From Geosiphon pyriformis uo1 (taxonomy: Eukaryota; Fungi; Glomeromycota), in assembly GCA_016748015.1 (NCBI GenBank), contig JAAOMT010000009.1:2216200-2280199 (forward strand): a stretch of DNA of 64,000 bases. Reading direction: 5' to 3'. The position numbers were made by a program, and so were the translations under genes. This document shows, one piece after another, positions 49,600 through 63,670 of this stretch; positions within the stretch are counted from its first letter, which is position 1, and every line of letters starts with the position of its first letter. The notes beneath the pieces were generated by a model that ran no database searches, was not told the origin of the DNA, and worked only from the letters and a program-made list of their open reading frames with translations.

Positions 49600-51560
49600 A
49601 TTATAGGCACATTTTTTAACAGACTTGCTAAATTATTATTTTATTAAATTATTTGAATTATTATTTAATTAATAATCTAATTTGTATAATACACAAATTA
49701 TAATAATTAAATTACACAATATTTCGAATTATATAACATTCAAAAATTTATAAAAATTTGCCAAAATAATTAATAGTTTACTAAAATACTCAATAGTTTA
49801 TAGAAATAATTTGTAGTTTACCAAAATATATTTTTAGTTTAGCAAAATAATAACAAAGAAAAAAATACAAGTTTATAGATTAATATTACAACAAGTTATA
49901 TAAAAAAACTTCTTTTTTCAAAAAAATATATTTCAGCTAAAATTATTTTTATTAAAAATATCTTTTTTAATATTTATACAAATTATTCCAATAAAAACCA
50001 TATTAAAAAACCACAAAATTATAATTAATTTACTTGAAATTTCCCAAATCTTAACTAATGTTTTGAAATTAACTAGCTATTAATTTCAATAATTTATTAA
50101 TAACTTCAGGCCTAAATAAAAGACAATTCTTTAAACAAAGTTTTTTTTACATTTTTTTTATTTTTATTTTTTTTTATAAATATATATATTAAGATAACTT
50201 ATAAACAAAATTTCTGTAAAAAAGTTGATCTTTACAACAAAGTAATTATACATTTTTAGTAAGTTTCTAAATAAGTATTTCTTAAAAAAGAGTTAACTTT
50301 TACTATAAAGCAATTATATAAATAACTGATATAAAATTAGTTATTTTATTTATAAATCTAATAATTTAAATTATAAGAGATAATTTGAAAATAAATTCAG
50401 TTATTGAATATTTAATAGCTTTTAATAATTAGAAATTAAAAGCAAAACAACAATAACAACATTTAAGAAAAGAGACCAAAAACTTCCAATAATATTTGGT
50501 ACTTTTTTAAAAATAATACAACAACAATTAAATTAAAATAATAATTATATCAAATATAACAATCCTAAAGTATTATCAGTTAATTTATACATATTGTAAA
50601 CAACAATTTAAAATCTAAAACAGGATCACAGTTTTTAAGAAAACATTTTTTTAATACATTAAAAACCAAATCAATAATTATTTCTTTAAAAATTATAATA
50701 TTACTAAAATTAAACAAAATTTTCTTGAAAATTTAATTCACTATTTAAATAAAAATCCAAAAGCTATTAATGCTGATATTTACATTATTTATTTTGACAA
50801 CTTAATTATAATATTATCAAGTTTTGTAAAAAAAATACTTTGTTAACTTATAATTTATTCTTGAATTTGAGTTTAAACTTAAAATAAGCAGCAAAAACAA
50901 AAAAAACACTTAACTAATTTATACAATTCTCAATACATTAAAAACAACTTTTTAATACTTGTAAACACCTAAACAAAAAATTAATTTTAAATTGCTACTT
51001 TTAATCACATCTTTTTTAGCTTTATTTGCTTAAATACAAATACTAAATTCATTATTTAATCAATTTTTAAGACCAAAAAACTTTATTAAAAGTCTAATTT
51101 AATAGCCAAAACTAATTTATACTAGTATTAATCTTTTTAACTATTTAGCAAAAAACCAAAATAAATATTTAGAAACACTAGTTTACAAAGAAAACAATTT
51201 TAAACCAATCAAAAAAAACAGTAAAAAACACATTAATGACAATAAAAACAAAAAAATAGTTACTATTTATATTACAAAGATCTCTAAAACCAGTTTTTAA
51301 AAATGGTTTAATAAAGTCAATAAAGTCAAAAATATTAATAAATAGAATATAGCAAGAATACTAAAAACAATTTTTTATTTTTTACAAAAAATAACAGCCA
51401 AATAATTTGAAAACTTAATAGCATTTTTTGCTAACTAAATCTTTAAAACTGCTTTTTTTGAATAGTTTACAAACAACAATACTTTAATTACTCTTTAAAA
51501 TTATTTTTAAAATATTAAGCAAAAACTATTTGAATTTGTTATAACTATTAAGAAAATTTA
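49600..51560 (+). mobile_element. Eroded LTR (family C) with PBS (~50496) and gag remnant; boundaries approximate
   Basis: The LTR end ACATTTAAGAAAAGAGACCAAAAACTTCCAATAATA matches the reverse complement of ~58465-58500. TTTGGTAC and gag-like broken frames follow. Confidence 0.6.
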
Positions 51561-51991
51561 ATTATATGTTTTAACAAATTTAGCATTTTTTTATTTTTTT
51601 GATAAGTTAACAAGATAAAATTAATATTCAATACTTAAAAAAAGCTTTTTTTTATTAAACTATTATAAAGTTTAATTTTAAGACAATTAATTTTCGATAT
51701 TGTTTTTTTATAAGAAAAAAAAATAAAAAAAAATAAAAAAAAAATTAATATCTTATCAATTATTATAATCAAAAGTAATTAGTTTAAGTAATTAGAATTT
51801 CAAAAGTGTTTATGTTAATTGTATTTAATTTAGAACAAAAGTAAACAAAACAATCAATTTAATTTTAACAATCAATTTGTTAGAATTATATAATTGTAAA
51901 TTGAAAAATAAAAAATATAGTAAAAACTGAAGTAAAAAAAATGTTTTTATATTAAAAATAAAATATTAAAAAGAATTTAATTCTTGTATAA

Positions 51992-54445
51992 TATTACAGA
52001 TAATTATTTGAAATGTTAAAATAAATAATAAATCTGTAACTTGATGCTTAATAATTATTAATGATAGTAATTTCTAAAAATTTTGTAATTTGAAAGTTTT
52101 GGTTAAGTCTTTTGTATAATAAACAGAGATTCAATTAATGATTTTTTTCATAGATTTTTTTTAGTGTGATAGTTAGTTTAATTTGACATTTATGTTTTTT
52201 TAGTAAACTATTCTTAAGTTTTCTACTTTTGTTTTATGAGTCTTTTATTAAGCTATTCTTAACATCAATTACTTAGTGCTTAATTTTTTAATTAATTAAT
52301 AAACAACAAAAAAAAGAAAAAAAAAAAATAAGAAATTAGTATTTTGTCAATAGTTATAATTAAGAGCTATTGGTCTAATATAATTAAATATCAAATTTTA
52401 TTAACATGAATTTTTGATAATATAGAAGTAATTAATATTTTTTTATTAAGTAATAACAACATAAATTAAATAATAATAGATAATTTTATTAATATAAATA
52501 TAATTCTACTTCAAGTTATAAAAAACTATTTTTGGAAAAAAGTGATATTTAATAATTATTTGTTTTTAGTTTTTGTTTTGTTTTTTCTCTTTTTAATACT
52601 CTTGCTATATATATATATTTCGTGTTATATAAGATCATATATTTCTATTTTTTTTCTATACTACTTTTTAAAAATGTGCTTATTTCTGAAAATATGTTGT
52701 AATTTTCTGAAAATGTATTTACTTATTGAGTACTATTTTCCTATTGATTTATTTTATAATCTGTTTTTTTTATCTTTTTTTTGTACTTTTTTTCTATAAG
52801 TAATATTATCTTCTTCTTCAATATTGAGTTCTATTGAAATTTTTATTTTGAATTAAGTTATTGTTTTTTTTCTTAATATTGTTTATTTATTTTAGTTCTT
52901 ATGTTTTCAATTAAGATTTGGTTATTCTTTTTTACTAGTTAATAGTTATTGTTTTTATTTTTAAATATAGTAATATTTCTAAATAATCTTAAAATATAGT
53001 ATATAGTTTATAAATTGTTTTAATATATAATATAAAACTTGTTCTTTTTTTGATAAAGTCTTCAATCTGTTGTACTATTTTTTGATTGAATATTTTTTTG
53101 AATTTATTGATATATAATTCCTGAATATTTAGCTTTTGTTCTAATTGATACTATTAAAAGTTGTTCTATTTATAGTTTCTAGTTTTTTTTAGTTAATTTT
53201 TTTATTGAAATAATAATTGGTATTTTTTCAAAAGTGTTCTTTATTTTTTTTATAATCTTATTTAATTAATGCTTTGTTTGATTTTGTGATTACTAATATA
53301 AAGTAATCTTTGTTTTTTTTTTTTTTTGGATTTTTATAACAAATTGTTTAGTAATTAATAATAATTTTCATGTCTAATTATTGTTAATTTATGGCTTAAA
53401 ATAATTATTGTATTATTATGTAGATGTGATCTGAAATTTTTATTTTTTATTGTTGTTTTATTATGTTTATTATGTTTTTATATACTTTTATCTTAATCTA
53501 TTTTTCATGTTTTTTTTAATAATTATGATTGGTTTTAAACCTTATGAAATTTTATCTGGTTTAACTAATATTTTTTGTATTTCCAGTTGTAAAATATTAC
53601 TAATAAATAATAATGCTATATTATAATATAATTTTATTCAATCACTATATATTGCTTTGGTTAAGATTTTGTTATCTTATTTTAATTTATAAGTTTTATT
53701 TTTTAGAATTTTTTTAATGTAAAATAGATTATTTTATTTAAAGTTAAACTTTTTACTTTATTGTTTTTTTACTTTGATATAATGTAAGAGTATTTTGTTT
53801 TCAATCTTAAATTTAACCAGTTTATTTATTAATTGGTTATTATGTTGTTTTTTTTGTAACTTTTATATGTTATTAGCTGCTTTTCATCTTTTGTTTTCTA
53901 GAGTTTTCATTAAGTCATATGTTTTTCTTAGCAATGTTTCTTAAAAGTTGGCTTCTGTTATTGGTTTTATTAAATATATATTAATATATATTAATATATA
54001 TCTTATTTGGTAATGTTACTGTTCTATTATAGACTAGTTTAAATAGTATTATTTGTGTAATATTTTGTTTTATTGTCCAATAAACAACTAATACTAATAA
54101 TATAAACAAATCTTATTTATTCTGGTTTTTGTGATTAATTTTGGTTATTGCTTTATACAATGTTTTATTGAACTTTTTAACTAATTTATTTGTTTATAGA
54201 TGATATGAAAATAATAGTAGTCTTTTAATTCCAAATTTTTAACTCACTTTTGTTAATATTCTGTTTATAAAATAAGTTTTTTGGTCTAATAACAATTTTT
54301 TTGAACATCTATATTAACAAATTAAATTTTAATATATGAATTTGGCTATAGATTCTGCATATGTTTTTTGAATGACTTTAGTTTCTGGCTATTTTGTAAG
54401 ATAGTCTATGGCTACTGCTATGTATTAATTGTCTTTGTTTAAGAT
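51992..54445 (-). mobile_element. Decayed gypsy 3' end: integrase, extra 3' ORF remnant, PPT and LTR-A (51992-52805)
   Basis: Collinear with 61154-63670. Purine tract GAAGAAGAAGATAA abuts the LTR. Confidence 0.8.
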
Positions 54446-54452
54446 TTTGATT

Positions 54453-54630
54453 AAACTGAATCAAACTGAACTTTGAGTGTTGTTCAAGTTCAGTTTAAAT
54501 TATAAACCAAACTTAAACCAAACCAATTTTTCAAAGTAGATTTCATTTAAGTTTGGCATTAAACTTTTTTGACAAGTCTGAGTTTAGTTTAAGTCTGATT
54601 TAAAGTTCACAAATTTGTTTAAGTTTGATG
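54453..54630. repeat. AAACYRAAC-type direct and inverted repeats (possible eroded DNA-transposon/MITE end)
   Basis: AAACTGAACTT (54463-54473) pairs with AAGTTCAGTTT (54486-54496); more units occur in both orientations. Confidence 0.45.
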
Positions 54631-57600
54631 AAATTAAAAAAAAAATTTGTACTATTTGTTCATTAATTATTATTTTGTTTAATTACTATAATTAGTTAAA
54701 AAAGTATATAAAACTATACATATATAATAATTTTACTTTTTAAATTTATTGTTAACATTATTCAATATTACAAAAGATTCAAAATTTGAAATAATGAAAT
54801 TTGATAACTCAAATAGTCCAAATATTAATATATTTAGTAAATATAATTTTCAGAGTAAAGTATAGAACTATTTTAATAAGTTTGAGTGAATAAAAAAAAA
54901 CAGCTAAATATACAGTCTTAAAATGTGTGTATTATTATAGATAATTATTTAAAATATTGAAACAAATAACAAACCCATAACTTGGTACTTAATAGCTGAG
55001 AATATTGGTAATTTCTAAAAGTTTTAGTTGAATCTTTTATATAATAAACAGAGATTGAATTGGCAGTTTTTTCTGTAAATTTTTTTTTAGCATAGTAACT
55101 AGTTTATTTTAACAATTATGCTCTTCTGGTAAGTTATCTTTAAGTTTTTATTCTTATTCCTAGGTTTTTTATCAGGCTATTCTTGATATTGTTACTTATA
55201 AAAAAAGTACAAAAAAAAAGTACAAAAAACAGATAAAAAAATAGACCAATAAAAGAATAGTACTTAGAAAATAAGCACAATATTAGAAAATTATAATACA
55301 TTGCTTAGCAATATGTACATTGTTAGTGAATTATAGTATACTGTTTAACAATAAGCATATTGTCAAAGAAAATAAAGCATATTCTTCAAGAAAATGTAAG
55401 ATTTTATATAACAAGAATAATGTATATATAGTAAAAGTATTAGAAACAGAAAAGACAGAATTGATACTAATAATTAGTTAGAATCTATTAATTATCCAAT
55501 ACTCTTCTTTTCAAAAGGTAGTTTCTATAACTTAAAGTAAAATCAAATTACATATTAATAAAATATTAATTATTACCTAAATTCATATTATTATTGCTTG
55601 ATTAAGAAATATTAATCACTTTTATTTTATCATCATTCTATGTTGATAAAATCAAACACTTAACCACACTAAACTAATAGCTCTTAATCACAACTATTGA
55701 TAAGATACAAATTTCTTATTTTTTTTTTATTTTTTTTTATTTTTTTTATTTTTTTTTATTTTCATTTATTTTGTTTTGTTGTTTTACTAACTAATTAAAA
55801 AAATTAAGTGTTAAGTATTTTGACATTAAGGATAGTTTGATAAAAGATCTGAGAATAAGAGTAAAAATTTAAGAATAGCTTATTAGAAGGGCATAACTGC
55901 CAAAATAAACCAACTACTATACTGAAAAAAAAATTCATGAAAAAAACCATTAACTAAATCTTTATCTATTATACAAAGAACTTAACAAAAAACCTTCAGA
56001 TTACCAAAACCTTCAAATATTACCAATTGTATAAACTATTGAGCATCAAGTTACAAATTTGTTATTTGTAACAACATTTCAAATAATTATCTGTAATATT
56101 TAGTGCTCTCTGTAAAATATAATTCAACAGAAAACTAGCACCAACATCAATTATCCAGAAAAATAGCAGACCAAGAAATTATAAAAGAAAATTATTTAGA
56201 ATTTGCAAAATTCTTATTTCAATATTATTAAGTTACCTTGAATTAACAAGTAACAATTGGTCAACAGAATTAGCCTTTAATTTCTACATTAATAAAAAAA
56301 TCAAATTTTATTTGGAAGACCAAAAAAATTCAGAAGCTGCTCTTAACAATTTCTATAGTAAACTATTCTAAAGCATCACACTTCTACAAAATCATCTATT
56401 TGCACCAATAATTATAGAAATAAACAAAAAAATCAGAAATTATACTCAACAAAAATTTTTTATTACTTTTATAAACAAAAAAAATTTACAAATATCAGCA
56501 GAAACTCCAAGAAAAATACACCCACTGACTTAAAAGAAACCAAAAATTGTTTTACTTATTTACTCATCATATTATTATACACTAAAAAGTGCTATTCACA
56601 TATTATCAGGATTTGTATTATCATTAATCATAAAAACACTATTATTCAAAGTACTATTTTAAAATAATCAAGAAAAAGCTAAATTATTAAAAACCTATGA
56701 TAATTACTTTGAAGAATTTAGATCATAATCAACAATACTATTAGAATTTTAATTATCACTACTTCAACCAGATGTTTGGATTTACTAGCTATTAGAAAGA
56801 TACTGATTTAAAAAAAAAAAGATAGCAATCAGAAAAATAATAATCAAAACCTTATTTTAAATAATCCAGAAATACAAACTCCACAAAATCTGAATAATTT
56901 AAACTCTGTTCTTATTATTTAGCAAGACTTATCTTTAGTAATAATAATCGAGCCACTAGTTACATCAATTATCTCACCACAACAACAGCCTTTACAACAA
57001 TTACTACAATAACAACAAGTAGTACCAATGACATATATACTTATTACTAAACTTGAAAAATTTACCAGCAAAAAAGACAACACCTAAACATGATTAAACA
57101 ATGTTGCCAAAACAATTACAGCCAATAACTGGGACAATAACAAAGCTTTTCAAGCTATTTTCTACTTCTTATAGAATGCCAACTTGTAACATCAGAACTT
57201 TATCAACAAGCCACAAACTTTTGATGCATTTAAAACTGTGTTTCTACAATATTTTAATAATCACAACAGCATTAATAGATTATTAACCAATTTTATCACA
57301 CTTAAACAAAGAGAAACTGAAGCAGTCACCACTTACTTGGAATGTTTTCACAGAAATCTACACCAAATATAAGCAATACAAGTTAACTATTTTATTAAAA
57401 CACAAATCTTGAATCAATTTATTTGCAAATTAAGCAATAGCCTTTTATAACAAGTATGTTCAATACACTTGAATATTTTCCAAGATGGAGTTATCCATAT
57501 TAGAGATTTTGAATTGGCTAAACTCAAAGCCAACCACATCTAAGCTATCAACTTAGTAATAAATGGATTATCTGAATTAAATACCAAATTAAAACAATTT

Positions 57601-58302
57601 GGCAAAGCCATTAATCAGAAAATTAAGAGATATTTAATTAACAATTAAGCAATTTATTAATCTCTTCAACATCATAACAATCAAGAAAATTCAAATCATT
57701 TTCAAAATTAATTGTATCTATTATTCTTATTAACCAACTAATTATGATAGCAAGAAATGTATTTGCCACTATTGTAGTAAACAAGAATATTTAAAATTAG
57801 ACTGCTGTACAAGATTAAATAATCAATAATCAGGAAATCAATATTAAAACCCCAATTGTCAGTTTTAAACTCCAAATTATATTCAGAATCAGGAATCATA
57901 TTAATCTTATTACACTCCAATAATACAACTACTGATATATTCACTTTTAGTATATTAAACTCCCACATCAGTCATCTATCAGCTGCAACCACAAACTGTT
58001 TATCAGTTACAGTCACAAATTATCTATTAACTACCAATTCAAGTACTGTCACAAAATTTTGGTTAAATAGCAACTGGTAACCAAAGACTAAGAATTGCTT
58101 ACATGTAACAGAATTGGAGATTAACAATAGTAATATATCAACTAATTTTCAGTTTATCAAATCAGCCATCAGGATTACACCAACAAAGTTCAGAAAGTGG
58201 TTACATTCAAAACCCAAATTTTCAGAACTATTTAAGTTTTCTAGTTATCTTAGAAAACAATACATCCAACAATTTGAAAATCAATCAACAACCACTTATC
58301 AG

Positions 58303-60167
58303 TATTATAGATAATTATTTGGGGTCTGAAAACAAATAACAAACCCATAACTTGGTGCTTAATAGCTTGAAATAGTTGGTAATTTCTGAAGATTTTGGTT
58401 ATTTGAAGATTTTAATTGAGTTTTTTGTATAATGGACAGAGATTTAAGTATTGTTTTTATTTGTTGTTATCAGAGGTTTTTGGTCTTTTTTCTTAAATGT
58501 TGTTAATGTCTGTTTGTTGTAAATTTCCATTTTCTGGAAGTAGTTGAATCTCCAATAACTGAATTTAACTTCAAATTATAGAAGATAATTTGAACTGTTG
58601 GGCTTATAAGTAGAATGGCCAATTCTGTGCTAGTTATTTTGTGTAGTTTTGTTGTAGTAAATATTAACTCTTTTCCAGGAATTGCTTATCTGGAAGCTTA
58701 CTAAAATGTGTAGTTATTTTGCTGTAAAAGTCAACTCTTCTACAGAAATCTTATCTGTAGGCTACTCTAATGATTTAAATAAAAAAAATAAAAAAAAATA
58801 AAAAAAATGTAAAAGAAATAGAATTGTGTCAAGAAAAACGTTTTCTATTTAGGCCTGGAGTCATTAACAAATTATTGAAATTGGTAGCTAATCAATTTTA
58901 AAATGTTAGTTGTGTTAAGGAAATTTCAAGTGTAATAATTTAAAGAATTTGGTTTTTAAATATTTAATTTTTATTTGAGATATGTAAAAAGTAATTTGTT
59001 TTAATTAAAATATCTAAATTAAGATATTATAAGAAAATACATTTTCTTGAAGAAAAAAGCTCTTCTTTTATACAACTTGTTATAGTACTAGTTTTTGAAC
59101 TTGCACTTTTCTCTTTGCTCTAATTTTAGTAAACTAAAGATATATTTCAGTGAACTATAAGTTATTTCTACAACTTATTGATTATTTTGGCCAATTTTTA
59201 TCAATTTCGGCGAATTTGACTATATTAAATGGTTCAGAGTATTGTGTAATTTGATTATCTTAATTTCTATAATACAAATTGGGTTATTAATTGAATTATG
59301 ATATTTGATAATTTGATTAAATAATAAGTAATAATTGAAATAATAATAATATATGCTAATTAATAATAAGAATTATGAGAATAATTTCATGCTAATTAAT
59401 AGCTAAAATTCTACTGATAACACTATTGCTTCTCAGAATTGCAATTTCATCAAATTTTTTTCTCAGTGTGATGACCAATAATCTTTTTGATAAGCTATTC
59501 TTAATCTTTAAGTGTTCTATTCTTATTCCTGAGTCTTTTACCAGTCACTTTGATGTTAATAACTCTATGCATCTTTAATCAATTAGTAAATAATAAATAA
59601 AACAAAAAAAAAGGAAAGAAAATAAAGAAATAAACCAAGACAAAAAAGAGTTAGTATTCTATTAATAGCTATAATTAAGAGCTATTAGTCCAGTATAGTT
59701 AAGTATTAGTAACTATCAACATGAGTTGTTGATAGTGGAAAGATGAATTGTGATGTGTTAATAAGTATTTTATTTATATTTGATGCTTCTACTTTAAACC
59801 ATAGAATACTATTATATAAAGAGATAAATAGTGAATTAAAACTAAAGATTCTAAACTAATAATTCTGTCTGAAAAATCTGTTTTTTTTGCTTCTAATGCT
59901 ACTACTATATATACATAAATTTTATTATACAAAATTTTTTGAATTTCTCAATTTTCTAGCCAAGAATTTTAGAATTTTTGAAATCTTGTAATTTTTTGAA
60001 AAGAATCTTGAAATTCTGGAATTCTGTAATTTTTCCTACTGGAATCCTGTAATTCTGGAATCTTGCAATTCTTCTAAGAAGAATTCTGGAACTCTACTTT
60101 TATTACATCTTATTTTAATTGGCTAATTTGTGTACTAATATATAATTCCTATATTCTATAAATAATA
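58303..60167 (-). mobile_element. Solo LTR-A (TSD TCAG), itself split by solo LTR-C
   Basis: TCAG at 58299-58302 and 60168-60171. Removal rejoins the host frame QPLISNILLATITEN. Confidence 0.85.
58465..59422 (-). mobile_element. Solo LTR (family C), 958 bp
   Basis: Perfect 9-bp terminal inverted repeats TGTTATCAG...CTGATAACA. Flanks TTGT/CTAT are compatible with an eroded CTGT TSD. Confidence 0.8.
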
Positions 60168-60215
60168 TCAGCAATATTTTATTAGCAACTATTACAGAAA
60201 ATAAATTACTTATAG

Positions 60216-63200
60216 TGTTACAAGTAATTATTTAGAGTCTCAAATCAAATAACAAACCCATAACTTGGTGTTGTTACTCATAAAATATAGGAAGTATATT
60301 AGCACATAAATTAGCCAATCAGAGATAGACATAGTAAATGTGAAATTCCAGAATTCTTTTCAAGAGAAATCACAGAATTTTAGGAATTTCAGGATTCTTG
60401 TACAAAAAATTGCAGGATTTAAAAATTCCAGGATTTCTCTCAAAAGGAATTGCAAAATTCTTGGTGTGAAGAATTGAGAAATTAAGGAATTTCAATTATG
60501 TATATATAGCAGTAGCATTAGAAGTAGAATCAAAACCAAGACATCAAAGTTTAGATTCAATCTAAGCAATTTTCCACATCATAAATGTCAATAAATAATT
60601 ATTCACTATCTCAATCCACTCTTCACTATCAACATGAAGTGTTGATAGTAATTGATACTTAAACCACACTAGAACAATAGCTCTTGATCACAACTATTGA
60701 TGAGATACTAACATTTATTGCCTTGGCTTATTTTTTTATTTTTTTTATTTTTTTTATTTTTATTTTATTTTTTGTGTTTGTTGTGTACTAATTGATTAAA
60801 AAATTAAAGCACTGAATTACTGACATCAAGGATAGCCTGGTAAAAGATCCAGAAATAAGAGTAGAATTATATATATATTAACAGATAGCTTATCAAAAGA
60901 GCATAACTGCCAGAATAAATCTGGCTGTCAAGCTAAGAAAAAAATTGGGCAAAATTACAATTCCAGAAAACTACTACAATTATCACTGAATCTCTGTTCA
61001 TTATACAAAGAACTTCACAACAAAAACCTTCAGATTAACTAAAATTTTTAGATCACAAAAATCTTTAGAAACCAATACTCATTATTATATTAATTGAGCA
61101 CCAAGTTATAAGTTTGTTATTTGCTTTAAGATCCCAAATAATTATCTGTAATAGTGCTCAATAGTTGTTATGATAGTAGTATCTGAAAGTTTTGGGTTGG
61201 AGTTCTTTGTATAATGGACAGAGATTTAATAGTTGTTTTATCAGTAGTCTTCTGGAATTGCAATTCTGTTAAATTTCTTTCTTTAGTATAGTGGCTGGTT
61301 TATTCTGGCAGTTGTGCCTTTCTGATAAGCTATTCTTAATTTCCAAGTTCTTTATCCTTATTTCTGAGTTTTTTACCAGACTATTTTTAATATTAATAAC
61401 TTAGTACTTAATCTTTAATCAATTAGTAAACAACAAAAAAAATAAAAAATAAATAAAAATCAAAGAAATAAAATGTAAGTTAAGGCAATAAAATTAGTAT
61501 CCTGTCAATAGTCATGATTAAGAGCTATTGTTCCAGTGTAATTAAGTATTTGATATTATTAACATGAAGTGTCAATAATGAAGAGTTAAGTCAAATTTTT
61601 AATTAAGTAATAGTAATATATATGAAGTAATAATAAGTATGGTTTTATTTAATCTTTGATAATCTTCACTTCAGTTGATAGTAACTATCCTTAAAGTAAT
61701 AAAGAAAAGATAGAAATGGGAATTTCTATCCTAAGTAAAAAATTTGTACTTTTCTTGCTTTTAATGCTACTATTATATATACATAATTCTCTTTACATAA
61801 GAAATCCTTTTTCTTTGCTAGATTTCCTATAAAATTCTTGATTTCTTAAAACATCTAGGATTTCCTGAAAAATCCTCAACTTTTCTGAAATATTTTGAAT
61901 TTCTTGAATAATTCTGGATTTTTTGAAACATTTAGAATTTCCTGAAAAATTCTTTTTTTTCTTCTTCTATTCTAATTGGCTAATGTGTTTTTTTTTCTCT
62001 TTTCAATTATGTATTATTTTTTTCTCTTTTTCTAAGTGTAATATTATCTCCTTTTTTTTAATATTGAGCTTTGTTGAAATTTCTTAATATTTCTTTTTGT
62101 AAGAATTTCATAACTTCTTTTTCTAAGATTATTTTCTCTATTTTTTTATAGAGTTTTTCAAACTGGCTGTTGGTCATTCTTCCCTATTGATTAATAAATA
62201 AGCTACTGATTTCTGGTTGTAATAGTATTTCCGAATAGTCTTAAAAGATAGTGTATATTTGGTAGATAGTTTTAATATATATACCCAAATTAGATTTTTT
62301 TTCAATAAAAGTTTCTATATCTTGTATAATCTTTTGATCAAAGACTCTTTTGATTTGATTCATATACAAATTCTGGATCATTAATTTTTGTCCCAAATGT
62401 TAATAGCAATATAAAACTGGAAATTGTTCTATCCATTGATCCCAATTTTCTGTTGTTACTTCTTTTGGTTGGACAATGACAGCTGGTTTTTTAAGAGTGC
62501 TTTTTACTTTTTTAATAATTTTGTCAGTATTATTGCTAATTTTTTTGTGTATTTATTGATATAATATAGTCTTTTTTCTTTCTCTTTTAGTGTTTTTATA
62601 GTAGATAGTTTAATAATTAATTGTTATTTTCATGTCTGTTTGTTGTTAATTTATGGTCTAAAATAATTGTGGTGCTAGTTGGTAAATATGGTCTGGAATT
62701 TCCATTTTTTTGTTATTATTGTCACATGTTTTGGTTCCTTATATATTGTTTTGGTAAATTAAATCAACATGTTTTGTTTCAATATATATGATTGGTTTCA
62801 GATCTTGTGGAATCTTATTTGGTCTTACTAGTGTTTTTTGTACTCCCAGTTATAAAATACTATTAGTAGATAATAATATGTAGTAATAGAATTTTAGTTA
62901 ATTACTATATACTGCTTTGGTTAAGATTTTGTTGTCCTATCTTAATTTATAAGTTCCATTTTCTAGAATTTTTTTAATATAAAATGGTCCATTCTATTTG
63001 GGATTAAACTTCTCACTCCATTGTTTTTTTACTTTAGTACAATGTAAAAGTATTTTGTCTCCAATCTTAAATTCGACTAGTTTATTTAGTAATTGGTTAT
63101 CATGCTGTTTTTTTTGTTTTTTTTGTGACTTTTGGATATTATTAGCTGCTTTTCGTTATTTGTTTTCCAAAGTTTCTATTAAGTCATATGTTTTTCTTAA

Positions 63201-63670
63201 TAATATTTCTTAGAAATTGTCTTCTGTTATTGGTTTTGTTAGATATATGTTAATTTCTAATTCAACTGATAATATTGTAATTCTATTATATACTAATTTA
63301 AATGGTGTCACTTGTGTGATATTTTGTTTTATTGTCCAATAAGCAAATAATACTAATAGTATAAATAAATCTCATTCATCCTGGTTTTCTTGGCTGATTT
63401 TGGCAATTGCTTCACATAATGTTCTGTTAAACTTTTTAATCAAACTATTTGTTTGTAGATAGTATGATAATGATAATAGTTTTTTGATTCCAAATTTTTG
63501 ACTTAATTCTACTAGTGTTCTGTTTACAAAATAAGTTCTTTAATCTAATAGTAATTTTTTTGAACATCTATGTTAACAAATTAGATTTTAATGAACAAAT
63601 TTGGCTATGGATTCTGCATCTGCTCTTTAAATTGCTTTTGCTTTTGGCCATTTTGTAAAATAATCTATAG
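60216..63670 (-). mobile_element. Decayed gypsy 3' end: integrase, 3' ORF, PPT and LTR-A (60216-62043), with nested solo LTR-A (60272-61153, +)
   Basis: Integrase remnants and a GPF-module remnant; PPT AAAAAAAAGGAGATAA. The nested LTR is flanked by GTGT/GTGC. Confidence 0.85.

Larger units (their letters stand above)
55190..60215 (+). mobile_element. Decayed gypsy 5' half: LTR-A (55190-56098), PBS (56101-56115) and gag, carrying nested solo LTRs; abuts a minus-strand LTR-A fragment (54933-55189)
   Basis: TGTTAC...CTGTAATA-TT-TAGTGCTCTCTG, then gag motifs KLEKFTS and QILNQFIC. The frame resumes at ~60172. Confidence 0.82.
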
